Source: the human T2T-CHM13v2.0 reference genome, Homo sapiens
Reading direction: 5' to 3' (one strand)
Assembly (NCBI RefSeq): GCF_009914755.1
Contig: NC_060928.1
Length of the DNA stretch: 64,000 nt
Position 1 is the first letter of the stretch. The number at the start of each line of letters is the position of its first letter. Under the pieces are notes generated by a model. It did not search any database and was not told the DNA's origin. It was given only the letters and a program-made list of their open reading frames with translations. A program made the translations under genes and the position numbers. Positions 1-20,654 of the stretch are shown piece by piece.

Positions 1-2750
<2,750 letters not shown>

Positions 2751-3429
2751 GTTAAAAAAAAAAAAAAAAAAAACAGAAAAATAAAGAGGGAAAAGGGGAA
2801 TGTGAAGTCAAAAAGTATCATTTTTCTGGATTTTTTTAATGGAGACATTTTTAAGACATTTACAGACATGGACTATATTAGTAATTCTGTATATGCAAAT
2901 AAACAAAGAGCCAAGGAGGGATATAGATGTATTTTGTCCTTAATTTATCTATTCATGAACGTGGTTAGAAACTGTACGATAAAAGAAAAAAAAGGAAACC
3001 AAGCCTTACAAAGAGACTGATGCCTTATCCCCTGACATGCAGCTAAGAAGCAGATCTTACTTGGCTTCAGACTTCGAGCACAAATGAACCCAAATGGATT
3101 CAACTTTACTGAACTATGTATCGTTTATTTTGTTACTGAAATAAGAATATCAGGCAACTGGAAATCAATGAATTGATTTAAATATTGTGCAAAAGATGGA
3201 GCTATTACTATGGGCACATTTTTATGATTTAAAAATCACATTTCAGCATTTTCCCTATGTCGGGGCTATGACAGGGCAGCATTGATTAACACATTCAGAC
3301 CCAATCATCAAGAAAAAGACTTGGAACTGCACATTTCTCTTGTAAAAGATGCCTTCTTAGGTCCATACCAAGTTCAAAGTTATTAAATAATGACAGTTGG
3401 GTTTGGGAGTTTTTTTGGTGTGTGATTTG

Positions 3430-3830
3430 TTTTTAACTTTTTATTATGAAAAATTTCAAATCTATGCAAAAGTAGAATAGAATATGACCTTACCCCCATA
3501 TATATATAGGACCCAGCTTCAACAATTACCAACTCATAACTAAGCTTATTTCATCTCTCTCCCCACCCACTTCTCTCTCCCTAAGCACCAGACTATTTTG
3601 AAACAAATCACAGACATTGCATAATTTCATCTATAATTATTTCAGTGTGCATGTCTAAAAAAGAAGGACTCTTTTAAAAAATCACATTATCATTTTCACA
3701 CATAAAAATTAGAATAGTCCATTAGTTCCATCAAATATTCTTCAGGGTTCACATTTTCTTATTTATGTTCTATAAATATGTTTTTACATGTACTGTAGTT
3801 TTGTTTGAATCAGAATACTAACAAGTCCTA
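3430..3830 (-). mobile_element. Old L1M 3'-end fragment
   Basis: ttttattatgaaaaatttcaaa...cccagcttcaacaattaccaac resembles antisense L1MC/ME 3' end. Confidence 0.55.
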
Positions 3831-4708
3831 TGCACAAACACGTCATTTCTGAAAGGGACAAGTGGATAAATTTAAAAGAGTTTTGGTTTTACAAGCAAAT
3901 TACCAGAAGCACTTTAGTGTTACAATATATAGTATAAAACCAATTTTGATTGAAATGGGAACAGTGCATTTTAAAATATAATTTAATAGGTTTAAATGAA
4001 TGTTCCAAATACTAAAGCACACTACACTTTCTCAAAAATAAAAAGGGAGATGATTTGGGGCTGCCAATTACAAATACATTCACAACTGACATGAACGTTT
4101 TCAGTTGAAAATATAAAATCTTCTTAAAATATATATTTCTTCTGTTGGTTGACTTGGCTTTGTGTTGCAAACTATGGTTCATCTGTTCTTCCAGTTGCAC
4201 TAGTACCGCCAGGCTAAACATTCTTCAGCTCAGTCCAATCCTAAGCAATTACTCCCTTACCACCTAAAAAAAAAAAAGAACCAAACCAAAAAAAAAAAAT
4301 CAATTACATGCTTGTTAGAAATTTTTGCATACATAAATTATAACTCTGATTCTGGGTGCTAGGAAAACTTTGGCTGAAGCAAACAAGGAACACCTAAAAG
4401 TTAAGCAAATAGCTACCTTAAACCAATTTACTGCTTTTTACCATCAGCATCACAGAGTGTCAGAACTAAAAAGAGGCTTTGCACTCCAAACCCCTCCTAA
4501 CAGAGGTGAGCCAAGAGAGGCTGAACGACTTGCCTGGCATCATGCAGCAAGAAGGGAGGTTCCCGAACCCAGACTATCCTACGACCAGACTAGATGCTTT
4601 CCCCTGCTGTTATGTCATACCCAAATTGCTAGATTACATCTGATTCAAAGCTACTGCTTTTCTGTTAAAGCTCCTGTCCTTCTGGTGGAGCAAGATTTGG
4701 GAGAACGG

Positions 4709-4943
4709 CAGTCATCCCTCCATATACATGGGGGATTGTTTCTAGGACCCCTGCATATACCAAAATCCTAGCACACTCAAGTCGCAAAATGGGCCCAGCG
4801 GAATTTGCGGAAAAAGTCAGCCCTCCATGTGTGCAGGTTTCACATCCAGCAATTACTGTATCTTGAGTCTGCACTTGGTTGAAAAAAATCTTTGTATAAG
4901 TGAACCCACACAATTTAAACCTGTGTTATTCAAAGGTCAACTG
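4709..4943 (-). mobile_element. MER8 (TcMar-Tigger MITE)
   Basis: Ends cagtcatccctc... and ...gtgttattcaaaggtcaactg match the MER8 termini; 235 bp. Confidence 0.85.
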
Positions 4944-5352
4944 TGCTTTTACATTTCATTTCTCTTTATTTCACTTTCTACAGTCGCTTCAGAAAATGTT
5001 GTCAACTATTTTAAATGGCTGGTTCTTCTTTCACTATTTAATGTGTTTAATAGACTTTATTCACTATATACCCCTACTGATTAAGTTGGCTCTTACAATT
5101 TTTATACAATCCTTTTGGCCAAGACAAAATGAGACTTTAGTGCAGTTTTCAAAATTTAGTAAGCATTTGTTCTCACCAGATTATATTAATCTTTATCTTT
5201 TCAAACAGTCAGCTTTCATATTTATAGTATGCATGAAAGTACACCATAATACTTACCAATTTTCACTTCACAGCAAAGGTAGATTATGAATAAACTATGA
5301 AGTTTGCAAAAAGGCAGTATATTGAAAAGGAGCACCACATAATTTGTTATAA

Positions 5353-5371
5353 TAGCTCCCCCTAGTGAGCA
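5353..5371 (-). promoter_or_regulatory. Candidate CTCF motif
   Basis: Minus strand tgctcactagggggagcta compared with consensus TGGCCACCAGGGGGCGCTA; motif only. Confidence 0.4.
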
Positions 5372-5619
5372 TTCTCACTATTGTTTCCTGAACACCTTTT
5401 AGGGTTATTAATTCCAATACTTGGTTTTGTTACCTAGAAATTTTCTATCATGGCTGTAAACAAAAGTTATGTCACCAAATGGTCATTTCAGCCCCAGATA
5501 TACTCACAAAAATTAACCCTATCAGCAGAATGGTTTTCAACTAGAAAAGAATGGTGTTGTTTTTCATTTAACGTAAAATGGGAAAAATGAAAAAGAACAT
5601 AGAATTCGGCAAATACAAT

Positions 5620-5860
5620 TGATAATAATAACTGTGATTCATTAGCAGTTAATATGTGCCATATATTTTGCTAAGCACTTATATGGGTTGTTTAATGTGA
5701 TCCTTGTATTACTTTAGGATATTAATACCATTACTAATTTCATGTTACAGATAAAGAAACTAAGTCTGGCCTAAGGACATACAGCTAGCAAGTGACAGAG
5801 CTGAAATTTGAATCCAGGTTGTCTGACTCCAGAGTTCACACTCCAAGCCACTATTCTATT
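5620..5860 (-). mobile_element. MIR SINE
   Basis: Antisense MIR core (ttacagataaagaaact...gagctgaaatttgaatccagg...tctgactccagag). Confidence 0.75.
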
Positions 5861-6059
5861 CTGTTGATGAAGCCACAAAATTACTTAGGTCCCAAATCTG
5901 TTTTTTTTATAATAGCAAATCTGTTTGCCAGATTATTGCATTATTTATCCACTCTGCTTATATCACAGAAAGGCCCAAAGTCTTCCTGCCCTGGTGTTGC
6001 AATTCCTCTTTTCTGCATACTCACCTCTGTCTGTAGCTGCCACCCAGTTCAGAAGTAGT

Positions 6060-7700
6060 GGTAACCAATTCCAGAGTTGAGGCAAGAGGGATACAAGATG
6101 TGCCTAAAACAGCTTAAGTCAGAAAGTGAGAAAGTACTCAAAAAAAAAAAAAAAAAAAAAAAAAGGAGCGAGTCACAAAGACACAGGTGCCCAGATTGAA
6201 GAGACTTCTCCTGGCCAAACCTATGACAATTTGAGCACTAGCATGATTAATTATAAATCATTGAAAAATTAAGAACTCATAAGTTCATACTAACATTAGA
6301 TAGATAGGTGAGAGAGAGAGAGACATAAGAAGAAGGGAGGGCTCTTGCTGACAGGGAGGGCTCTTCCTGAGGGCAGACTGGTAAATGTGGAGGGAATGCA
6401 GGGATTTAAAAATAATCATTTTGCAATCATAGTGAGATTGGATAAGGCAAGAAACATTAATAGATTCCAAATCTAGAGAGAAATTCTGATGAGGAATCAG
6501 ATATTTGCATGATCTTAAGATATCTTCCCACCTATCACTTCTTAGTTGGAAGGGGGAAAAATAAAATAGTAATTATACAGTGGAGAAATAAGACAACCCT
6601 TTGATCTGGTGGCCTCATGTAACATCACTAACAAGAAACAGATGGGCATCACGTGCCTGCAGATGTGAAGCCTTGAGATGAGCATGTCACACATGTACTG
6701 TTCTTATCAAGAATGTGTAATCTGACTGCAACCACAAGAAAACAGCAGAAAAACCCAAGTGATGAATATTCTGCTTAGTTAAAGGGGGAAGTATAATCTT
6801 GAAAACTGTCAAAATCATAAGACAAAGAAAAGCTATGGAAATAATCCAGATTAAAGGAGCTAAACAAACGTGACAACTAAATGCATTATTTGTTTCCAGG
6901 CTTAATTACACACTGGAGGGGTAAAAATGCTAGAAAGAGCTGTTAGGTCAACTGACAAAACTGAAATATGAACAGTAGATTATACAAAACTACTACATCA
7001 TTGTAAATTCACTGAACTTGATCACTGTGCTGGGGTTAAGTAAGATAATATCTCTATTCCTATAAAATATACACTGAAGGCCAGGAGTGGTGACTCACCC
7101 CTGTAATCCCAGCACTTCATGAGGCCAAGGTGGGAGGATCACTTGAGGCCAGGAGTTTAAGATCAGCTTAGGCAAAGCTGAGGCTGGAGGATCACATAAG
7201 CCCAGGAGTTTGAGGCTGCAGTGAGCTATGGTCATACCACTGCACTCCAGGCTGGGCAACAGAGCAAGACCTTGTCTGAAAAAATATAAAATAAAATAAA
7301 ATAGAAAATATACACTGAAGTATCTAGGGGGAAATCATCAGGTAATTAACTATCAATGGTTCGAAAAAGATGTGTGTGTGTGTGTTTGTGTGTGTGTATG
7401 GTTTAAGGCTATGGAGTTTCAATTTTGCAAGATGCAAAGAGTTCTGTGGATAGACAATGGTGGCACAACAATGTGAATGTACTTCATACTACTGAACAGT
7501 ACCCTTAAAAGTAGTTCAGATGGTAACCGTATTTTACCACAATTTAAGAGAGAGAGAGAGCGAGCATGCAAATGATAAAATTCATGGGGCATACTGCTAA
7601 TAGATGAATTTGGGTAAAGAACATTTGAATGTTTTCTGTACTATTTTTATTTTTTCAATTTTTATGCAAGTTTAAAATTGTTTCCAAATAAAGTTTTCTA
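6060..7700 (+). mobile_element. Old L1MC/MD-type 3' region with nested Alu and L1MB-like piece
   Basis: L1M 3'UTR-like motifs (ttccagattaaaggag...gacaactaaatgca; tttgtgtactatttt...ttccaaataaaagtt-like end). Confidence 0.55.
7079..7304 (+). mobile_element. AluJ with internal deletion across the monomer linker
   Basis: Left monomer jumps to right monomer at ggcaaagctgagg; 16-bp TSD aaaatatacactgaag at 7064-7079 and 7305-7320. Confidence 0.9.
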
Positions 7701-8085
7701 TGTAAATAAAGTAGAAATTCCTCCCATGGCAGAGCAGCTCCACCCGCCTCCTGGTACAGCCTCCTAGGTGAGTGGCAGGAGAGGGGCCTGGAAGCAGCCA
7801 CCTGCTCTCAACCCTCTCACTCCGCATGACCTGTTCATTCACCCTTTCTTTCAAATGCCTCTAGGGTTAGATGACCAAACTGATCCTCACCAGATTTATC
7901 CCCACAGACTACATTCTTTTAATGAATTGACTGGCTCCCTGGGGCAGGATAAACTCAGGAAATGAGGGTGAGGTAAAGGGCACTGGACCAGGAGACAGAG
8001 TCTGCATGTCTCATCCTGATTCTGCAGATTAGCTGTGTGGCTTGGGCAACTCATTACCTCTGGAGGTGAACACTCTGATCTAGAA

Positions 8086-8459
<374 letters not shown>

Positions 8460-9056
8460 TCAGAAATTTTTAAAGGTCCCTTGCAGCATTATAATTTTAT
8501 ATCTTACATTCACCACTCCTGAGAACAGAGTCACCAATTAAGCACTAGGTAATATGACTCTAATGATATGGCTAAAAATATTGAAACATTCCACATGTTA
8601 ATTTTTCCTCCTGCTACTTAGCTTTTGGCAATATGTTGTTACGTTGCGTTCTAGGAATACTAGAGGTAAGGGTTTGTGTGTGTAGAGAAAGACAGAAAGA
8701 AGAGGAAGGAGGAAGAGAAAGAAGGGAAAACAGAATGGTATTCTATCGGAATGAACAACACTTACAACTGATAACATTTTAAAATCTATAGCATCGACTC
8801 ACAACTTAAAGTAAAGCCTTTCATTTTCTAAATTGCTTTGCAGTTTTAAAGTAATTTCTTACCTGTTTTATCATTTTATCTTCCAAAGAACTCTGAGACA
8901 GTCAGGACAGACAACATTTCTATTTTAAAGATAAGAAAACTGATTTGGAGAAGGCAAATGACCGCCAGCTAATTTGTGGTGGTTCACCAATTAGAATCCC
9001 AGCTTTTTGACCCTGTACTGATGCTCTTCCCAATTTAAAAACCTATAAAATGTCTT

Positions 9057-11493
<2,437 letters not shown>

Positions 11494-11892
11494 ATAAAAT
11501 GTCTTCTACAAAACAACAGGCTGCATGCTTCAAAAAGTCACAGTCATGAAAAGCAAAGAAAAGCTGAGAAACCCTTGTAAAGAAAACTAAAGAAGCACAA
11601 AAAGTAAATTGAGTATGTAATTGTAGCTTGGATTTTGGATTACAAAGAAACACATTGCTTTTGCAAAAGACATTTCTAGAACAATTGCCAAAATTTCAAT
11701 TTGGACTGTATTAGATAGTATTGTATCCATATTCGATTTTCTGAATTTGATAATTGCAACATGGTTATATAAGAAATTGTCCTTGTTCTCAGGAGACAGA
11801 CACTGAAGTAGTTAGGGATAAAATGTTATAATATCTGTAACCTTCTTTCAGTTGGTTGAGGGAAAAAAAGTGACAAGAAGAATAAAAAACAA

Positions 11893-12212
11893 GCTCAGCG
11901 CAGTGGCTCACACTTGTAATCGCAGCCCTTTGGAAGGATGAGATGAGAAGATCCCTTGAGCCCAGGAGTTTGAGGCCAGCCTGCACAACATAGTGAGACC
12001 AACTACCTACAAAGAAGATTAAAATTTTAAAAATTAGAAAAATATTAGCCAGGTGTGATTACAAACACCTGTAGTCCTAGTTACTCAGGAATCTGAGGTG
12101 GGAGGATTGCTTAAGCCCAGAAGGTCAAGGGTGCAGTGAGCTATGAGTGTTCAAATGCACTCCAGCCTGGGCAACACAGTGAGACCCAGTTTCTAAAAAC
12201 AAACAAACAAAA
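11893..12212 (+). mobile_element. AluJ (within an old L1M fragment, about 11506-12370)
   Basis: Diverged dimeric Alu. Confidence 0.88.
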
Positions 12213-12320
12213 GGGTGAAAAACATTATGTGTATTAATATACTAGAACTATATATGATATAAAGAGAGAAAGAGATGTGGCAAATGTGGAAAAATCTCGG
12301 TGAAAGGTATTTACATGTTA

Positions 12321-12670
<350 letters not shown>

Positions 12671-13189
12671 GTTTAATAAAATAAATAGTTAAGAAAGCAT
12701 CTGAAATGAAAACTCCCTAAGGAGTGTCATATTGTGCTTTCTAATATTTTTATTACTATAATAATAGTATGTCATGTTGCTGTTTGCATGATTTTTATGA
12801 CTACTATATACTATCATCTCATATGTCATTACTGAGAAATAGGATAATTCACAGAAGTGAATTTTCTAAAACACAAACAAAAAAGATATGTAGACCCTTC
12901 AACACTGAAATAAATTTTCAGACCAACTTTATGAATATATTAAACATATTTCTGATATTTCAAACAAAATGCAAGGAACATAATCTATTTTTGAAGATCC
13001 TAGGTATTTTAAGGGTCAAATTCTCTAAACAACTTATGTGATCATAATTGTTTACCTTGAGGTTACTGAGATGTTTGTGGCTTTTTATCTAATCTACAGG
13101 ACCCTCCTACCATTGAGTCCTCCTGTAAGAGATACACAGCCATTCAGATTGTTGCCACTATCAATTCAAGGTCACTGCTGGGCTACTGA

Positions 13190-13500
13190 CTATCCTAAGA
13201 CTGCATTTACTCCCTAATTCTTCTTTCACTTTTACACTCTCCTATCGAACCACCGAAATCTGGCTTCTGCCTCAACCAATCCACCAAAATAGCTTTTGCC
13301 ACAGTCACCTATAACCTCTCTGTTGATAAATCCAATGTATACTTTTCAGTAATATATATTACTTGATTTCTCAGAAACATTTAATAGATAACCATCCTAT
13401 TGTTTCTGAAACCATCTCTTCCTCATCTTTCAAAGGTCTAAATTTTACTGATATTTCTATTTCAACTATTATTCTTTCTTCATCTCCTTGGAGAAAATGG
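13190..13500 (+). mobile_element. L2 fragment
   Basis: tctggcttctgcc...ccaccaaaatagcttttgccacagtcacc...aaatccaatg L2 ORF2-like sequence. Confidence 0.6.
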
Positions 13501-14446
13501 TCTTTTTCCCCTATGTTTTGGTTCTGTACTTAAAAAAAAAAAAACTATAATATTAAAAAAAACTGTTTAGCTATTATTACAAATTCTCATGGACAGAGAT
13601 GTGGAGAAGAGAAATAAAAAACTTGAGTTAGGCACAGGCTAGAAGAAACTATTACAAACATTTTGTCTAAAAAATAGTGTATTTTCACACTCACATTTCA
13701 GACTGGAAGGAAATATAAGGACATGTACAGGACCAACTGTGACCAACTTTTTCATCTCTTGTTCCTAGTACCTACTAGTGCGCTCCAAAGACTGGTGCCT
13801 TGATTTGAAGCAAAGGTTGGAGGAAGCCTATTTTGGCAGGATTATATCCATACTACCTAGCATCTGGGGGAATTGAGATATATCTATATCTATATATATC
13901 TATATATATGATGATGATATACTGATATGGGGTATATATACATACCATATCCCTTTTCAGTTCTAATTGGGCAAAAGGAACTGGCAGGAAGTAGGACAGG
14001 AAATGCTTTAGTGGGAAGTTTTCAGACACTACTATCCCCATGTTTCTTCCCGGCCCTGGCTACTTTCATCCAATACTCACGGATGGCGGTGGGAAGAATA
14101 GCTGGCTGGGAATACAAGGTCTCCTGCCCAAGGCTTAGCAGTCGTGATGGGAGTAGAGATCACAGCAATCCAAAAAGGAAAACTGTCATTATTTAACAAG
14201 GATTTATTCAACGATCATTGCTTTGTGAGAAGCTGGTGATTTCCCGACAGCATCTATTCTCCAGGAGTTCAGGGTTCAGTTGAGAGGTAAAGACCTAAAG
14301 AGATGCAGTAATGTAATATATCATGTTAGGTATGTCCATGGGGCAGCGATGGGACAAGGCCCTGTTCTTGCAGTTGTTCAGTTAGGCTACATGGAGGTAA
14401 AGCCTCTGTATTGAGATGAAAATTGAAGGATAAATGACAAATTCAC

Positions 14447-14880
14447 TGTCAGGCCTCTGAGCCCAAGCTAAGCCATCATATCCCCAGTGACCCACACGTA
14501 TATATCCAGATGGCCTGAAGCAACTGAAGATCCACAAAAGAAGTGAAAATAGCCTTAACTGATGACATTCCACCATTGTGATTTATTTCTGCCCCACCCT
14601 AACTGATCAATGTACTTTGTAATCCCCCCCACCCTTAAGAAGGTTCTTTGTAATTCTCCCCACCCTTGAGAATGTACTTTGTGAGATCCACCCCCTGCCT
14701 GCAAAACATTGATCCTAACTCCACCGCCTATCCCCAAACCTATAAGAACTAATGATAATCCACCACCCTTTGCTGACTCCTTTTTCGGACACAGCCTGCC
14801 TGCACCCAGGTGAAATAAACAGCCATGTTGCTCACACAAAGCCTGTTTGGTGGACTCTCTTCACACGGATGCATGAAACA
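14447..14880 (+). mobile_element. Solo HERV-H LTR (LTR7B / type II)
   Basis: tgtcaggcctctgagcccaagctaagcc...gcatgaaaca with TG...CA ends; type II repeats (tactttgtaatc...ccacccttaagaa); TATA-like cctataaga; aataaa; 5-bp TSD ttcac at 14442-14446 and 14881-14885. Confidence 0.95.
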
Positions 14881-15491
14881 TTCACCAAGTAGGAACTGAG
14901 GAGAATGATTAACTCCACCGTCTGCACCTGAGACATAAGAAGCAAAAAATAAAATAAATACACATGTAACTGTGTTTTATATATACCATCAGGTGTTACT
15001 TACCAACAGGGATACATTGTGAGAAATGCATCATTAGTTGATTTTGTCCTTATGCAAACATCACACACTGCACTTACATAAACCTAGATGGTAAGCCTGC
15101 CTACCACACACCCAGGCTCCATGGCATAGACTATCACTTCTGGCTACAAACCTGTATAGCATGTGACTGTACTAAATACTTAAAGGAACTGCAATACAAT
15201 GGTAAGTATTTACGCATTTAAACATAGAAAAGGTACCATAAAAGTATAGTATAAAAGATAAAAAATAGTACATCTATACAGGACACTTATCATGAATGGA
15301 ACTTGTGGGACTTCAAGTTGCTCTGGGTGAGCCAGTGGGTAAGTGGTGAGTGTGAAGACCTAGGACATTATTGTACACTACTATAGATTTTATAAGCACT
15401 GTATGCTTAGGCTACAAAAATTTATTTTAAAAATCTTTCTGCTTCAATAAAAAATTGACCTTAGCTTATGTAACTTTTTTACTTTATAAAC

Positions 15492-18040
<2,549 letters not shown>

Positions 18041-18716
18041 AAACTTTTTATTTTTTTAACTTTTTGACTCTTCTGTAATAGCACTTAGCTTATAACACAA
18101 ACACATTGTACAGCTGTACAAAAATATTTTCTTTCTTCATATCACTACTCTATAAGCTTTTTGTTATTCAAAGATTTTTTTAACTTTTTTCAACATTTTT
18201 GTTAAAAACTGACACACAAACACAGACATTACCTAGGCCTACACAGCATCAGGATCATCAATATCACTGTCTTCCATTTCCATATCTTGTCCCACTGGAA
18301 GGATTTCAGGGATAATAACATGCATGGAGCTGTCATCTTCTAGGATAACAATGCCTTTGTTTGGAATACTTCCTGAAAGACCTGCCTGAATATGTTTTAC
18401 AGTTAACATTTTTTTATAAGTATAAAAAGCACACTCTGAAATAACAATAAGAAGTATAGTAAATACATAAGCCAGTAACACTCATTTATTATCCTTATCA
18501 AGTATTACATACTGTACATAATTGTATATGCTAGTCTTTCATATGACTGGGAGCTCAGTCGGTTTATTTGCATCAGCATCATTACAAACATGAGTAATGC
18601 ATTGCACTATGACATTAGGAAGGCTACTATATCACTAGATGACAGGAATTTTCCAGCTCCGGTATAATCTTATGGGACTACCATCATTCATGCAGTTGGT
18701 CTTTGACCAAAATGGT

Positions 18717-19015
18717 GTTTTTTTTTTTCAGATGGAGTCTCGCTCTGTTGCCCAGGCTGGAGTACAGTAGCGTAATCTCAGCTCACTGCAAGCTCCACCT
18801 CCTGGGTTCACGCCATTCTTCTGCCTCAGCCTCCGGAGTAGCTGGGACTACAGGCACCTGCCACCACGCCCGGCAACTTTTTTTTTTGTATTTTTAGTAC
18901 AGACGGGGTTTCACCATGTTAGCCAGGATGGTCCCGATCTCCTGACCTCGTGATCCGCCTGCCTCGGCTTCCCAAAGTGCTGGGATCAAAGGCACGTGAG
19001 CCACCGCGCCTGGCC
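18717..19015 (-). mobile_element. AluY
   Basis: AluY-type diagnostics (gcaagctcc, cacgccattct, ttagccaggatggtc); TSD about ccaaaatgNtgtt. Confidence 0.9.
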
Positions 19016-19054
19016 CAAAATGTTGTTCTGTGGTGCATGATTTTATGTATTAAC

Positions 19055-19140
19055 GTATATATAGTATATATATGTGTGTGCATATATACATGTGCATGTA
19101 TGTGTGTGTATGTGTATGTGTGTGTGTGAGAGAGAGAGAG
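19055..19140. repeat. Compound (TA)/(TG)/(GA) microsatellite
   Basis: Direct reading. Confidence 0.85.
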
Positions 19141-19361
19141 CTTGCCACATGGGAAGTTGGTAGCAGACCTGAAGAGTATGCCCAGCAAGGAAAAAGCTGA
19201 TTCTGTGTTAGCCATGTGAAGCAACAGGGCATTATTCTTCTCAAGGGCTCCTTTGGAGTGTGTGGGAGTGTGCCAAGAAGTCAAGAAGTCATGGATAAAG
19301 TGGCACATCTTCAAGGACATTAATGCATTTTGATATTCAAAAATAGATATGTAATAATAGA

Positions 19362-20023
<662 letters not shown>

Positions 20024-20225
20024 TTAAACAATTCTCAGTATTTTAAGTATTTCACTTTGTCTCCTACCATCCCTGGGAGTTTGCATCTCTTTTCCTTTGC
20101 CCTTGCAGGCAAGTCCCTAATCATTTGCAAAGAGAAAGGAAGAACTGCAATTAGGTGAGCATTATTGGTACTTTGGTAATTTGCATTTGCCTTTTTTCTT
20201 TTTCACATTTTAGATCAACACAACA

Positions 20226-20522
20226 TTTTATTTATTTTTTTTTTCAGTGGAAAATAACTTATATTGAGACCCCACGAGCTGCACAATGTGTTCCTGGCAT
20301 TAAGCTCATTCTTCTTTTGCAGTTCGATCTTTCTTGAGTGGTTCCATGAACGCTTTCTTCTCTTCTATGGTCTGGAAGCAGCCATGGCCAAACTTGGAGG
20401 TGGTGTCTATGAACTTAAGGTCAATCTTCTCCAGAACCCGCCATTTGGTCTGCACCAGCAAAGACTTCTAGAGGGTGAGCACTTGCTTCTTGGTTCCCAC
20501 CACTCAGCCTTTCAGCTGTGAC
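20226..20522 (-). pseudogene. RPL3P13: 5'-truncated processed pseudogene of ribosomal protein L3 (probably the locus named RPL3P13; name from memory)
   Basis: Minus strand reads [68 protein letters not shown], which is the RPL3 C-terminus with three premature stops. Native TAA at 20300-20302, then short 3'UTR and poly(A) (poly-T 20226-20244). Confidence 0.92.
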
Positions 20523-20654
20523 CTCTTTATTCATGGCATATAGTTTATCATATACCAAGACCTTTTATATTATATAGATTCTGTCTCTGGCCTATTTATT
20601 CCATTGAAATTTGGGTTATAATTGCAGGAGACTTAAGACTAATTGAGTAAGCAC

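Noticed and set aside
14605-14700. Short direct repeats of about 30 bp (CRISPR-like at first glance)
   Set aside because: Normal U3 tandem repeats of the HERV-H LTR; no unique spacers and a mammalian context
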